Assembly: GCA_963675295.2 (NCBI GenBank) | Contig: CAXXKJ010000002.1 | Coordinates: forward strand, 2,592,001 to 2,656,000 | Origin: a bacterium | Lineage (GTDB): Bacteria; Electryoneota; Electryoneia; Electryoneales; Electryoneaceae | Length of the DNA stretch: 64,000 nt | Direction of reading: 5' to 3' | Shown here: piece by piece, positions 40,301 to 49,080 of the stretch | How the letters are laid out: each line of letters begins with the position of its first letter | Position numbering within the stretch: position 1 is the stretch's first letter | Notes under the pieces: generated by a model | Told to the model about the DNA's origin: nothing | The model's database searches: none | The model's input: only the letters and a program-made list of their open reading frames with translations | Translations under genes and position numbers: made by a program

Positions 40301-40634
40301 CCTTGTCCTTGACATCCATCGCCCGGATGTCGACATCCTCACCGAGCTGTAGCTCGATCAGGGTGACAGCCACCCCTTCCTGTGCGATGGAATAAATCGT
40401 TTTTACGCCGGATACACTGCTTGCGGCATCTTCCAGCGGCTCAGCCAGCAGCGTTTCAATTTCTTCCGGACCGGCGCCGGGATACACGGTCGTTACCGTG
40501 ACGAACGGGAAATCGATCTCGGGAAACAGGTCGATACCCAGACGTGTCAGGCTGAACAGGCCGATGACGACGAAGGTGAAAATCACCATCGTCATCAACA
40601 CCGGGCGCTTAATGGATAAATCAGCCAGTACCAT
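37374..40634 (-). CDS. RND efflux transporter permease (AcrB/SwrC-like), atypical TM4
   Basis: SIKRPV, YPGAGPEEIE, FRQFGLTV, SFTLTPMM, RLRPILMS, APMAVVAIGGL. Confidence 0.95.
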   Translation of the reverse strand: MVLADLSIKRPVLMTMVIFTFVVIGLFSLTRLGIDLFPEIDFPFVTVTTVYPGAGPEEIETLLAEPLEDAASSVSGVKTIYSIAQEGVAVTLIELQLGEDVDIRAMDVKDKVDAIRNDLPDDIQDPIVQKFEMGASAIVNLAVIGDLPLEDLYLLVDQQIRPELQKIPGLANVDVIGEKEREIRVELSTKLMRAYQVNPMQIVGALTAANLDIPAGRIEKGRSEYTVRVEGELEAVDEIRALQLQTASGPIRLDAIANVVDDFAEMRELARYNGTPSIGLNLVKRSDANTVQVADDIFSTVDRLQKMMPAGVNIEIATDTSKFIRDSVADVSGNLVLGILFTALVLFLFLHSWRGTVIAAVAMPISIVSTFILLEAANFTINVMSLMGLAISVGILVVNAIVVLENIERLRDEGLSLKEAASKGTGQIAVAVSAATLTNIVVFTPMAFMAGIIGPIFRQFGLTVAFATIFSLLVSFTLTPMMASQKLKAKTYAFVAILTLAAVWIILGPITATAVAVVVGLIALADKLGGVKAFARGWDKWYNELASDYRTGLNWAIKHRFIVIGITSLIFVFGLFLFSFIGSEFFPSYDERRLQVAVEMPAGSRLEETDRVLQRVEEEISSYQEVKSLYTALGQSGGEDLGSASGVQYGYVFATLADIENNNYPPTSVIVKELRERLADVPAAEILVSEATQFGGGSSADIQLQLQGRNQDDLVDAAERTIELIRSTGNAVDVRSDWETGKPEIVVRPDRIKMADRGVTVQEIAGVLRTFFEGATETTYREAGEEYDIRVQLQEQERNRVESLEDLLVQTPNGFIPLKAVADIRYGTGPTQINRKNKMRMVTVSANSVNITTGELQAQIAEVMQLPATDPAQVMQDILRGESSTIPVPSPQLPDGVTVYFGGEAENMASSFTSLLQALVLAIILTYMLLAAILESYRFPLIIMMTLPLALIGVSMALVMTGMTISMFSLMAIVMLVGIVVNNGILLIDYTQELRRDGKGLVDAVLTACPVRLRPILMSSLATALGMMPLALGIGAGGEFRAPMAVVAIGGLLVSTVLGLFVIPVLFVAMELKGERKRLAAGEAVE

Positions 40635-40658
40635 GGAGATATCTGTCCCTGTGAATCT

Positions 40659-41720
40659 TTAGTTGGATGTTGTCGACGCGACTTCATCGACCAGTTTCAC
40701 ACGCGCACCATCCTCAAGTGCGGTATGACCATAGGTGGCGACCACGTCTCCATCGTTCAGCCCCTGCAGGATTTCGACCAGGTCTTCGCCAACCACCCCT
40801 CGTTGCACCGGCTGCATTTTCGCCGTCGAACCGTCTTTGACGACGACCACAAAGGTCTGGCCGTCCCGTTCGAGGATTGCATCCGATGGGACCGCGAGAG
40901 CGTTGTCCGCTTCACCGACAACCACCTCGACCGTCGCCAGAACACCGGGGAAAACGCTATTCGTTACCGGCACACTCGCGTACACGGTGAACAGGCGCGT
41001 TTCGGCCGATGCCGACAAGCTCATGCGCGTGACCTGACCTTCAACGGTTTCGCCATTCAACGTCAGTTTTACCGGTTGGCCCGACTGCAGCAACGGCCTG
41101 TCTTCCTGGGTAATCTCGAAGCTGACCTCGTAGGCACCGTCATTGATGATGGTGACCACCGGATCGCCTGGATTGGCGAGGTCGCCCTCGTCGATGTCGA
41201 TCCTCGCGACTGTGCCAGAGATCGGGGCGGTCAACGACACGGACTCGTGCGCCGTGCGGTAATTTTCTTCCGCGACTTCGTAGCCGAGCCGGGCGAGGTC
41301 AAGCTGCTGTTCGGAGATCGCACCCTCATCGCGCAGTGCCTTCATACGATTGAGGTCACGCTTCGAATTTTCCAGCTGCAGCCGCGCCTGGCTGACCGCC
41401 GCCGCGCTGGCGGTGGAGTCAAACGTGACGAGCGCGTCGCCCTTCTTCACCCACTGGCCTTCCTGGACGTGAACGTCCGCGGCGCGTTCCATCAGCTTGG
41501 CGGTGACCACGCTCTGGTTCTTGGCTTCGATGGTGCCGTAGTACGTGCGCAAGACGCGCACATCATGACGGGCGACCGGCTGTGCAAACACCGGGATGCC
41601 GTCCCGTTGCTGGATGTCGTTGATGCTCAACACTTCTTCCGATTCCTGGCTGCGAAGGATACCCAGCACGAGGAACACGCCAACGATGGCAATAACAACG
41701 AATCCGATGATCTTTTTCAT
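40659..41720 (-). CDS. RND periplasmic adaptor (membrane fusion protein)
   Basis: N-terminal anchor, VQEGQWVKKGDAL lipoyl half, APISG, VPSDAI, GLNDGDVV. Confidence 0.93.
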   Translation of the reverse strand: MKKIIGFVVIAIVGVFLVLGILRSQESEEVLSINDIQQRDGIPVFAQPVARHDVRVLRTYYGTIEAKNQSVVTAKLMERAADVHVQEGQWVKKGDALVTFDSTASAAAVSQARLQLENSKRDLNRMKALRDEGAISEQQLDLARLGYEVAEENYRTAHESVSLTAPISGTVARIDIDEGDLANPGDPVVTIINDGAYEVSFEITQEDRPLLQSGQPVKLTLNGETVEGQVTRMSLSASAETRLFTVYASVPVTNSVFPGVLATVEVVVGEADNALAVPSDAILERDGQTFVVVVKDGSTAKMQPVQRGVVGEDLVEILQGLNDGDVVATYGHTALEDGARVKLVDEVASTTSN

Positions 41721-41747
41721 GAATCGTCCGTAAAATCTAGACTTCTG

Positions 41748-43163
41748 TTAACGGGCCTGGCCCAGCGCGCGGTCATATTGCGCACGGGCGACAAGCTGAT
41801 CGTATTCTGCCTGCAACACGTTCACGCGGGCGGATTTATACTGCAACTGGGCGTCCAGTACTTCTAGTTGCGTACCGACACCGGAATCGTAGCGAGCCAT
41901 CGCGATGGATTGGCCCTTTTCCGCCTCGCGGCTGTTTTCCAGGGCAGCTTGCAACTGTTCGCTCGCCTTCTCAAATTGACGCGTCGCCTGAAATACTTCC
42001 ATCTGAATGCCGCGCTGAAGCATGCTCTTCTGCAGGTCGACGTTGCGCATGTTCACTTCCGCGATCTGCGACCGGCGGTGTGCAGCGAGACCGTCAAACA
42101 GCGGAATGTTAACGATCAACAGCGCACTCGTACCATTGAAGAACTGTTTTTCCTGGAAATCAAACTTGTCCGATTGAGCTTGCGTTTCCCAGCGTAGTCC
42201 TGCCATGAAATTGGGCCACAACCAACTACGCTGCTCAATCTTTTGCTGATCGGCGTACAGCATCCGCTGCAAGTCCAGCTGCTGGAATTCGACACGCCGT
42301 TCCATCGCGTATTCGGACGCGGTCGTGTAATCCATTTCCGGGGCAAGCACGACGTCGGTGATTGACCCGTCGATGGTGATCGGAGTATCCAGATCCATTC
42401 CAAGCAGGTTCTTCAAACCCTTGTAAGCGAGGTCACGCGCGGTTTCCGCTTCAATGACGTCCGGCTTCAGGTTAGACACGGCAACGCTCGCCCGGATGCG
42501 ATCATACTCGCTGACCACACCTTCCCCGAGCATCGCTTCTACCTGGTCGAGGTGACGCCGGGCCTGATCCAGCGCGTCCCGGGTTACCGCGACGTATTCA
42601 TCAGCAACTAACGCACCGTAAAATGCTTCCACCAGCTGAACTCGCAGGTCCTGCTCGCTGACTTCAACGTTCATTTCTGCGATTTGCTTGTAGTTTTTTG
42701 CGATGCGCAAGCCAAGGCCGACCTTGCCCGCGAGCCACAACGGCTGGGTCAATTGGGCATTCGCAGAGATGTTGTTTTCCTGCCCGAACTTGAATTCTGC
42801 GACAAACGGTTCGCCAGGATTCAAGGCATTCAGTTCACCCGGCATTGTCACTGGATTCGTCGGGATCATGAAATAGTGGTTGAACGTGCCGTTCACATCC
42901 AACGTCGGCATCGCATTCGACCACGCCTCCAGCACCTGCAGACGGGCCTTCTCCTGTTCGTGCAGCGCCATCTGATGCGATTCGTTGTTGGCGACCGCCA
43001 TCGACCAGGCTTTTTCCCAGTCAAGCACGACCCGCTGGGAGCGCTGGGTATCGCGTACCATCTTCTCCTGAGCGAACGCCGGCACTACGATCATGAACGC
43101 CAGCAACCCGATCAGGCACAGAGGGAGCACCGAGTGGTGGAATCTGCGTTTTGGTGTCTTCAT
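41748..43163 (-). CDS. TolC family outer-membrane efflux protein
   Basis: Signal peptide, LTQPLWLAG, NIPLFDG, RYDSGVGTQLEVLDAQ. Confidence 0.93.
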   Translation of the reverse strand: MKTPKRRFHHSVLPLCLIGLLAFMIVVPAFAQEKMVRDTQRSQRVVLDWEKAWSMAVANNESHQMALHEQEKARLQVLEAWSNAMPTLDVNGTFNHYFMIPTNPVTMPGELNALNPGEPFVAEFKFGQENNISANAQLTQPLWLAGKVGLGLRIAKNYKQIAEMNVEVSEQDLRVQLVEAFYGALVADEYVAVTRDALDQARRHLDQVEAMLGEGVVSEYDRIRASVAVSNLKPDVIEAETARDLAYKGLKNLLGMDLDTPITIDGSITDVVLAPEMDYTTASEYAMERRVEFQQLDLQRMLYADQQKIEQRSWLWPNFMAGLRWETQAQSDKFDFQEKQFFNGTSALLIVNIPLFDGLAAHRRSQIAEVNMRNVDLQKSMLQRGIQMEVFQATRQFEKASEQLQAALENSREAEKGQSIAMARYDSGVGTQLEVLDAQLQYKSARVNVLQAEYDQLVARAQYDRALGQAR

Positions 43164-43181
43164 GAAATCACTCGTGTTTGC

Positions 43182-43790
43182 TCAGGATGAGCGTGCTTCG
43201 TTGGGCAACGGTGAATTTGTGAAATAGGGATCAAGCAGGGTAAGAACATAATGCAAGGCGTTGTCCGCAGCTATGGCATAATGCTCTGAAAACTCGCGAG
43301 CCTTGAACACCCGTTCGAGAAAATAGCTGATCACGACGGTCAGTTCATCGACGGGACAGGGCTTGAGTTCGCCATCAGCAACAGCCAGTTCGATTCGGGA
43401 TTTCAGCATCCGCCGCAACCGTTCCTCAAACTGAATAATCATGTCATGAGCCAGAGGTAGCAGCAGCCCCGCCTCCTCGAGGAACAGAGCTTTGTGCGGA
43501 TGGAGACGTTCAATCTCCGCCCGCAACACATCGAGATACGTTTCGAGCTCGTCCCGGATCGGACGCATCCCGGGCATCGCTGCGGACAGCGTGTCTAGCA
43601 ACTGGCCGTGCACGTGCTTTACGATCTCCCGAAAGAGTTCGTCCTTGTTGTTGAAATAATGGTACAGGCTGCTCTTCTGCAGGTGTGCAGCTTCCGCGAT
43701 GTCGTCGAGCGTGGTTTTCCGGAAGCCATGACGGAGAAACACCTGCGCTGCCGTCTCCACGATCTCTTGTCGTTTGTCTTTGTCTGTCAT
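43182..43790 (-). CDS. TetR/AcrR family transcriptional regulator
   Basis: HGFRKTTLDDIAEAAHLQKSSLYHYFNNKDELF HTH. Confidence 0.95.
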   Translation of the reverse strand: MTDKDKRQEIVETAAQVFLRHGFRKTTLDDIAEAAHLQKSSLYHYFNNKDELFREIVKHVHGQLLDTLSAAMPGMRPIRDELETYLDVLRAEIERLHPHKALFLEEAGLLLPLAHDMIIQFEERLRRMLKSRIELAVADGELKPCPVDELTVVISYFLERVFKAREFSEHYAIAADNALHYVLTLLDPYFTNSPLPNEARSS

Positions 43791-43806
43791 CGTATCAGCC
43801 GACCAA

Positions 43807-43832
43807 TCGAACAATTCCTTCGAATGTTCGAA
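43807..43832. promoter_or_regulatory. Candidate TetR operator
   Basis: Inverted repeat TCGAACA-N11-TGTTCGA immediately upstream of the tetR start. Confidence 0.5.
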
Positions 43833-43927
43833 ACTTATACGCGAGATAAGAACGAAAGCAACAGCTGCTCGCGTCTCTCATGGAAACGATCTAGAAACGG
43901 ATGAACGGGCAGGGGTTGGGAATTCTG

Positions 43928-44932
43928 TCAGTCAATATGCAGGTCAAAGGTGAATACCGTGGCCAGCATGACACCGCTTCCATCCTCAGTCAACAACGGT
44001 TGCATCGAAAAGTTCCGTTGCTCCTTGAGCTGGAACATCTGGTCGGTAACAAACCAGCCCCACAGTGCGCCGAAATAGACATCGGAAGGCCAGTGCTTGG
44101 TCGAGGTCATGCGTTCGATGGCGACGGAAGTGGCGACGGTGTAAGCGCCAGTCCGAACCATCCAGTTCGGGAAGTGATGCGAGACGACACCCGCGAGTTG
44201 GAACAGGTTGGCGGTGTGGCCGGAGATGAACGACGCGCCTTTCGGCTTGCCCCAGTCGGTCCGGTCCCCCTGGTAGGGTCGCAGACGGCTGGCGCCGAAT
44301 TTCGTCCCGGCCTGCACGGCGAGTGAGAGGTAGATCGATTCCAGCATGTCGGCGGAGACGTCACGTAGCGGAGCGTACCCGATGACGTAGCCCACCAGCA
44401 TCCCGCTGATATACCACGATTCGGTGAACGCACGTGTGCCCATCGGTTCGAAAAAGACGCCGATTTCGTGGAACGGTTTGAACCATGCGTCGTCCTTGAA
44501 CCGATGCACTTCGTCGTAGATTTCCTGGTCGGCGGTGTAGATACCGTATCCGGCGGCGAAGGTCGCGGCGACGATCAAGCCGTCCTTCCAGTCCATTTTC
44601 GAGGGAGACGTGTAGACATGGTACCAGTCTTTCAGCAGAGTTTTGCCTGCATACAGCGCGTCATCCCCCACCCGTCGAATGACCGGCATCGCTGGGCATC
44701 GGTCATCATCATCGTTATCCCAGTCGTCATCATCATTGTCCTCGAGCAGATACTGACCGGCGAGCGCATACTGCAGGGACGGCAGCTGCACACCTGTCAA
44801 GCGATTGGAACCAGACGGTGAGGCTGGGACGTTGGAGGATGCTTGTGCGGCACGGGCGGTCGAGATCGAGCTCAGCAGGAGTGTCACCACGAGTAAGCAG
44901 ACTACGGGGGAGCGAAGGAGTGCGTGATTCAT
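43928..44932 (-). CDS. PAP2 family phosphatase
   Basis: K..ASRLRP, SFISGHT, ERMTSTKHWPSDV motifs; signal peptide; start at MNHALL (the track's upstream extension overlaps the tRNA). Confidence 0.88.
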   Translation of the reverse strand: MNHALLRSPVVCLLVVTLLLSSISTARAAQASSNVPASPSGSNRLTGVQLPSLQYALAGQYLLEDNDDDDWDNDDDDRCPAMPVIRRVGDDALYAGKTLLKDWYHVYTSPSKMDWKDGLIVAATFAAGYGIYTADQEIYDEVHRFKDDAWFKPFHEIGVFFEPMGTRAFTESWYISGMLVGYVIGYAPLRDVSADMLESIYLSLAVQAGTKFGASRLRPYQGDRTDWGKPKGASFISGHTANLFQLAGVVSHHFPNWMVRTGAYTVATSVAIERMTSTKHWPSDVYFGALWGWFVTDQMFQLKEQRNFSMQPLLTEDGSGVMLATVFTFDLHID

Positions 44933-44957
44933 GGTATTGCCCGCGTTACGGGTCGTC

Positions 44958-44990
44958 AAACGAAAGGGCAATCCCGTTTGGAATTGCCCT
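44958..44990 (-). terminator. Terminator downstream of tRNA-Leu
   Basis: AGGGCAAT...ATTGCCCT hairpin, then TTCGTTT on the minus strand. Confidence 0.65.
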
Positions 44991-45001
44991 CTGCGTCGTT
45001 C

Positions 45002-45088
45002 TGGTGCCGGAGGGGGGACTCGAACCCCCACGTCCCTGAGGACACTGGTCCCTGAAACCAGCGCGTCTACCAATTTCACCACTCCGGC
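45002..45088 (-). tRNA. tRNA-Leu (anticodon CAG)
   Basis: 87 nt: GCCGGAG acceptor, D-loop TTGGTAGAC, anticodon arm CTGGT-TTCAGGG-ACCAG, long variable arm, GGTTCGAGTCC, encoded CCA. Confidence 0.97.
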
Positions 45089-45196
45089 AAAAAACGGCCG
45101 TCATTTCGGCCGTCGCAGATGGTACGGCATCAGACCGGATTCTCGCAACGTCCAGTCTCGGGCGGACTCTGTGCTCTGCTCCGGCCAGATTCGGTA

Positions 45197-46933
45197 TCAG
45201 GAATCGGTCATGCACTCCTTCAGCGCGAAGAACAGTGCGCGAGCCGGTTCCTGCTCGAGGTTCACTCGACGGTCGAGCATTTCTTCGGCGATGAACTTCT
45301 TTCCTGCCTTCCAGTCGGAGGCGGACGTAAGTTTCGCAAGGAATCGGTCAAACGGCGCAGCGTCATTCGCGTAGATCTCGCGAACAACCTTGCCACGCAG
45401 TTCACCGGATCGGAGTGACGCGAAGCGGTCCTTCTGCGGCCGGGGTTTCTCGGCAACCTGAACCGGGATTCCCGGTTCGACATCACGCAAGCCCTTCATC
45501 TGTGGAACGCTGCGTGAGGTCATGCCGTTAACCGTTCCGACCGCGGGAGTAGGCCCTTCCTCGTCGTCATCCTCCCCCGAGTCGTCCTCGTCGTCATCGT
45601 AATCGATCACATCCTTGCCGAACAGGTACTCGATCGCCTCGAGATCGTCATCATCGAGGTCGTCGAGATCCCGCACGTGAAAACGGTTTGGATCCATTTC
45701 GTGTGGTTCTCCTTGCTGGTCACTTTCCGTCGTGACGGTATCGTCAGTTGATTCGTCGGGAGCGGATTCACCGGTAGCTAGCGGCTGTTCCTCTTCCCCA
45801 TGGTCCGGCTCAGGTGTGGCCTCAGCCATGTCGTTATCGGCAGGTTCTTCATCTTCGATCACTTCATCAACGGGTTCTTCGGACTGCCTGCCAGTGTCCT
45901 GATTTTCCTCCTGGTCCTGCACGGGTTCGGTTGACTGATCGCTCGTTTCATCAACCGGAGACGGGTAATCCGCTGAGGAGGCAGCGAGATTGTCATCGTC
46001 CGTGGTGTCGTCCACAAACGGTTCATCCTCGAAGGATGGTTCATCGTAAGGTTCCGCCACCACCTCATGCTGAGGCTCGGGTTCCGGTTCAGATGCGCTC
46101 TGTGTTTCCGGCTCCGGTTCTGACGTTACTGCAGTGATATCCAGTTCTGGAACCGGAGTAGCTTCATCAGGAACGGCATCCGGGATGGGTGGTGCCGCGG
46201 TGAGGCCGATGGCTTCCGGCCCACCGCGTTTCACCATCAACGCGTAGCGTTTCAGGATACGGATGATTTCGTCACGGGAGGCGACATCAACGCCAATGTC
46301 CTGCTCTAGCATCAGGGCTTTCGCCCACGTCCGCGCGCCACGATTTTCCAGGTACGGCAGCAGGTCATTCAGCTTGATCGGTTCGGTGGTCAGGCCGGTT
46401 GTTTGCAGGATCTCCAGGACTGCGTCGCGGGACTGTTTGGTGGTCCAGGTATCGTAGGCATTCTGGAATGCACGCAGGAACCCGCCACGGTCGAGCACTT
46501 TGTTCGGCGGTACATCGAGATACTTGACGCAGGCTTCGATGACCGGGTGTTCTTCAGATGGATCGAACTGGTTAAACACGTCAGCTGCGGAAGCGTTCAC
46601 TTTGCGGCGGAACAAGCGGACGGCCAGTTTGTCGAATTCGTGACCGGGCCGTGGCGGAAGGGCGTCGTAGAAGTCTTCCACCACGTGACGGACGTCATCG
46701 CCCGGCAGACGCCAGCTCTGCGCCATGGCGTCCACGAGCTGCCGTACCGCTTCCTGACGGCGGAGGTCGAGCTGGCCGTCGTGGGCGAACGCGTCGGCGC
46801 GGTGAACGGCTTCGTCCCGTGCGAAATTATCGAGCCGGATCCGGCATTCTTCGGGAATACTTTCCCAGTCGACCGGTGAGATGTACTTCTCCGCCCGATA
46901 AGTTTTCAGCCATGCATCGAGACGTTCTTCCAT
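45197..46933 (-). CDS. Hypothetical protein: helical N- and C-domains joined by a long acidic, Pro-rich low-complexity linker
   Basis: 578-aa ORF with a GAGGGG RBS; central D/E/P-rich tract. Confidence 0.75.
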   Translation of the reverse strand: MEERLDAWLKTYRAEKYISPVDWESIPEECRIRLDNFARDEAVHRADAFAHDGQLDLRRQEAVRQLVDAMAQSWRLPGDDVRHVVEDFYDALPPRPGHEFDKLAVRLFRRKVNASAADVFNQFDPSEEHPVIEACVKYLDVPPNKVLDRGGFLRAFQNAYDTWTTKQSRDAVLEILQTTGLTTEPIKLNDLLPYLENRGARTWAKALMLEQDIGVDVASRDEIIRILKRYALMVKRGGPEAIGLTAAPPIPDAVPDEATPVPELDITAVTSEPEPETQSASEPEPEPQHEVVAEPYDEPSFEDEPFVDDTTDDDNLAASSADYPSPVDETSDQSTEPVQDQEENQDTGRQSEEPVDEVIEDEEPADNDMAEATPEPDHGEEEQPLATGESAPDESTDDTVTTESDQQGEPHEMDPNRFHVRDLDDLDDDDLEAIEYLFGKDVIDYDDDEDDSGEDDDEEGPTPAVGTVNGMTSRSVPQMKGLRDVEPGIPVQVAEKPRPQKDRFASLRSGELRGKVVREIYANDAAPFDRFLAKLTSASDWKAGKKFIAEEMLDRRVNLEQEPARALFFALKECMTDS

Positions 46934-47149
46934 GATCCCCTCTATCCTGCGGACACTGTACCCACGCGCAACTGTCAGCTGGTATTGTCGGCACTGGCGA
47001 ACTCCGGCGCAAGAGGAAATCTCTGCCGGTCCCGGTCAAAGTTGCCGACTATCGAAGAGTCGGGAGACATTTTTCGAGCACGGTGATGATTCGCTGAAAA
47101 CGTTGTGGTGATTGAGATTCAGGGCAAGCTTCGTGTGAAGAAGTAAAAT

Positions 47150-47257
47150 GGCATGGGCTTTGAAAGTGGAACGGGCAGGAGCTCAGCTCCACCCTTCCCT
47201 CCTTTCCGCTTGGAAAGGAACCCTTGCTACAGCATGTCCAGCGGGCATGCTGTTTTT
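47150..47257 (+). ncRNA. Candidate small RNA
   Basis: TAAAAT at 47144-49, two short hairpins, then a strong + strand terminator ACAGCATGTCC-AGC-GGGCATGCTGT-TTTT with no credible + strand CDS upstream. Confidence 0.35.
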
Positions 47258-47265
47258 CTCTCTGG

Positions 47266-47300
47266 AGAGAAATCGCACGGACCAGCGTTGACCCGTGCGA
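47266..47300 (-). terminator. Probable terminator of the che operon
   Basis: TCGCACGG...CCGTGCGA hairpin then TTTCTC on the minus strand, 30 nt after the cheX stop. Confidence 0.55.
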
Positions 47301-47329
47301 AGAAATATCGTCCCCTGCAAGATGCAGCC

Positions 47330-47800
47330 TCAATCGGAGAGCTTCATCGTGACTTCCATCATGAAGGTCTCATCCTTGACCGTAAACGGAATCACGATAA
47401 CCGGCGTTTCCGCCTTGTGCCGGATGGAGTGATTCTGCCCAACGACGACGGACGGCACGGAGATGTTGAACGACAGCCCCTGCCCCGCCATCTCGGTCTT
47501 GGCTCCACCTGCGACGATGTTTGCAACCTCTCCGATACAGTCTTCCACATCCCGGTTGATTTCGTCGGTGGCTTCGCCGGTCATCCCCTCGAAGAGCATC
47601 AAGGCGGCTTTTTCCGGGAAGCTGAGGGCGACCGACCCCATGATCTTTTTCTCGGCGAATCCAATCACGCCGGTGATGTCACCGGATGTTTTCGAATTGT
47701 CCTTGACGAATGGGGTTGCCGCAACCGCGTCCAAGTCCATCATCATTTTCAGCGTGTTGATGAGGGAATTGATGAAAGGGTTGATGTATCGTACGTCCAT
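47330..47800 (-). CDS. cheX: Chemotaxis phosphatase CheX
   Basis: YINPFI, DITGVIG, GEVANIVAG (E-x-x-N), ISVPSVV. Confidence 0.93.
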   Translation of the reverse strand: MDVRYINPFINSLINTLKMMMDLDAVAATPFVKDNSKTSGDITGVIGFAEKKIMGSVALSFPEKAALMLFEGMTGEATDEINRDVEDCIGEVANIVAGGAKTEMAGQGLSFNISVPSVVVGQNHSIRHKAETPVIVIPFTVKDETFMMEVTMKLSD

Positions 47801-47820
47801 GGTAGGCTCTGTCTCCCGGT

Positions 47821-48177
47821 TCAGCCGACAACGGCCTCAATCTTTTCGAGGATGATCTGCTTTGTAAATGGCTTGACAATGTAATCATTTACACCGTTCC
47901 TGAGGGCCTCGAGAACTTCTTCTTTTGCACCTTCAGTGGTGATCATGATAATCGGAACGGACGAGAAATTCGGGTTGTGCCGAATTTCCTTCACCAGGCT
48001 AAGCCCGTCCATAACGGGCATGTTCCAGTCTGTCAACACGAGTTCAATGCCAGACATGCGGCTCAATGCTTCCACCCCGTTGGAGGCCTCGACAATATCC
48101 GTGTGGCCGGCCTGCTTCAGGTGGTTGATAATGATTCGACGCATGGTGGCAGAATCGTCCACCACGAGGATCTTCAT
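47821..48177 (-). CDS. cheY: CheY-like response regulator
   Basis: MKILVVDDSATMRRII, TDWNMP, ITTE, YIVKPF. Confidence 0.93.
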   Translation of the reverse strand: MKILVVDDSATMRRIIINHLKQAGHTDIVEASNGVEALSRMSGIELVLTDWNMPVMDGLSLVKEIRHNPNFSSVPIIMITTEGAKEEVLEALRNGVNDYIVKPFTKQIILEKIEAVVG

Positions 48178-48215
48178 CGTGGATCTCCCGTTTCCTAGGT
48201 CTAACTCGCCCGAAA

Positions 48216-48698
48216 TCAGCTGAGTGCGGTGTCGACGAGGACACGCAACAGCCACCCCTCAACAGAGTAATCGATCTGGACCCAGCTCGAGGATGGATCC
48301 TGGAATTCAGCTTTATCCGTCAGCATCCCGAATTCGGGAATGCCGAGATTGTAGATCGTGTTCTCCCCGAACATCTCGACACAGAACCGTCCGGTGAGGG
48401 TGTTCAGGATTTCGTTGACGGCATCCCGTTGATGATCTGGCCCGAGCTCGCCCTCCTCGAACATGCCATAGATCGATTCGGTGATGGATTCCGCGAGCTG
48501 TTTTGACAGGATCAGGACTACTTTTCCCGCACGCGGTTCGAGAAGGTCGATCATGGTGTAGACATTGAGTTCATCAACGACTTCGCAGTCCGGGACCTTA
48601 CGCAGCGGAACGACTTCGGCGAAGGCCATGCTTTCCAATGTACCGGACAGGGCCTTGTCAACGGCTGCGCTCAATGCTTCCTGTTTGCTATCCGCCAT
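48216..48698 (-). CDS. CheX-like phosphatase domain protein
   Basis: TLESMAF, DAVNEILNTLTG (E-x-x-N), LGIP. Confidence 0.75.
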   Translation of the reverse strand: MADSKQEALSAAVDKALSGTLESMAFAEVVPLRKVPDCEVVDELNVYTMIDLLEPRAGKVVLILSKQLAESITESIYGMFEEGELGPDHQRDAVNEILNTLTGRFCVEMFGENTIYNLGIPEFGMLTDKAEFQDPSSSWVQIDYSVEGWLLRVLVDTALS

Positions 48699-49077
48699 TG
48701 ACCTCTCCGAACAGGGATACCAACGTTTCGCTCAACTGCGGCGGTGACACGGGTTTCGGAAGCACGGCATTCGCACCGGCTTCCAACAGCTGTTTTTCCC
48801 GCGCCTCGTTGCCGATGCTGGTAATCATAATCACGGGAAGTTTGGCAAACTTCGCGTCGGATCGGAGCGCGTTCAGAAACTGCGCCCCGTCCATCTCCGG
48901 CATGTTGTAGTCGGACATGATTAGATCCATTTCTTCCGTCTGCAGCAGGTCCAGTGCTTCCTTTCCGTTGCCGGCCTGATGGAAGGTAGCGTCTTGCCAG
49001 CCCGCAATCTCGAAAATCCGTTGGATCATCATCCGTGCCGTGGCTGAGTCATCCACGATCAATACTCGATGGCTCAT
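48688..49077 (-). CDS. Second CheY-like response regulator
   Basis: VLIVDDS, SDYNMPEMDG, ITS, LPKP. Confidence 0.9.
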   Translation of the reverse strand: MSHRVLIVDDSATARMMIQRIFEIAGWQDATFHQAGNGKEALDLLQTEEMDLIMSDYNMPEMDGAQFLNALRSDAKFAKLPVIMITSIGNEAREKQLLEAGANAVLPKPVSPPQLSETLVSLFGEVNGG

Positions 49078-49080
49078 CAA

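Noticed and set aside
44933-45082. N-terminal extension of the PAP2 ORF in the ORF track
   Set aside because: Runs through the tRNA and its terminator; the real start is more likely ATG 44932
45002-45088. tRNA read as Sec (TCA) or as an island integration site
   Set aside because: The 7-nt loop TTCAGGG centres on CAG and the 7-bp acceptor stem fits Leu; no integrase or duplicated tRNA 3' end was seen
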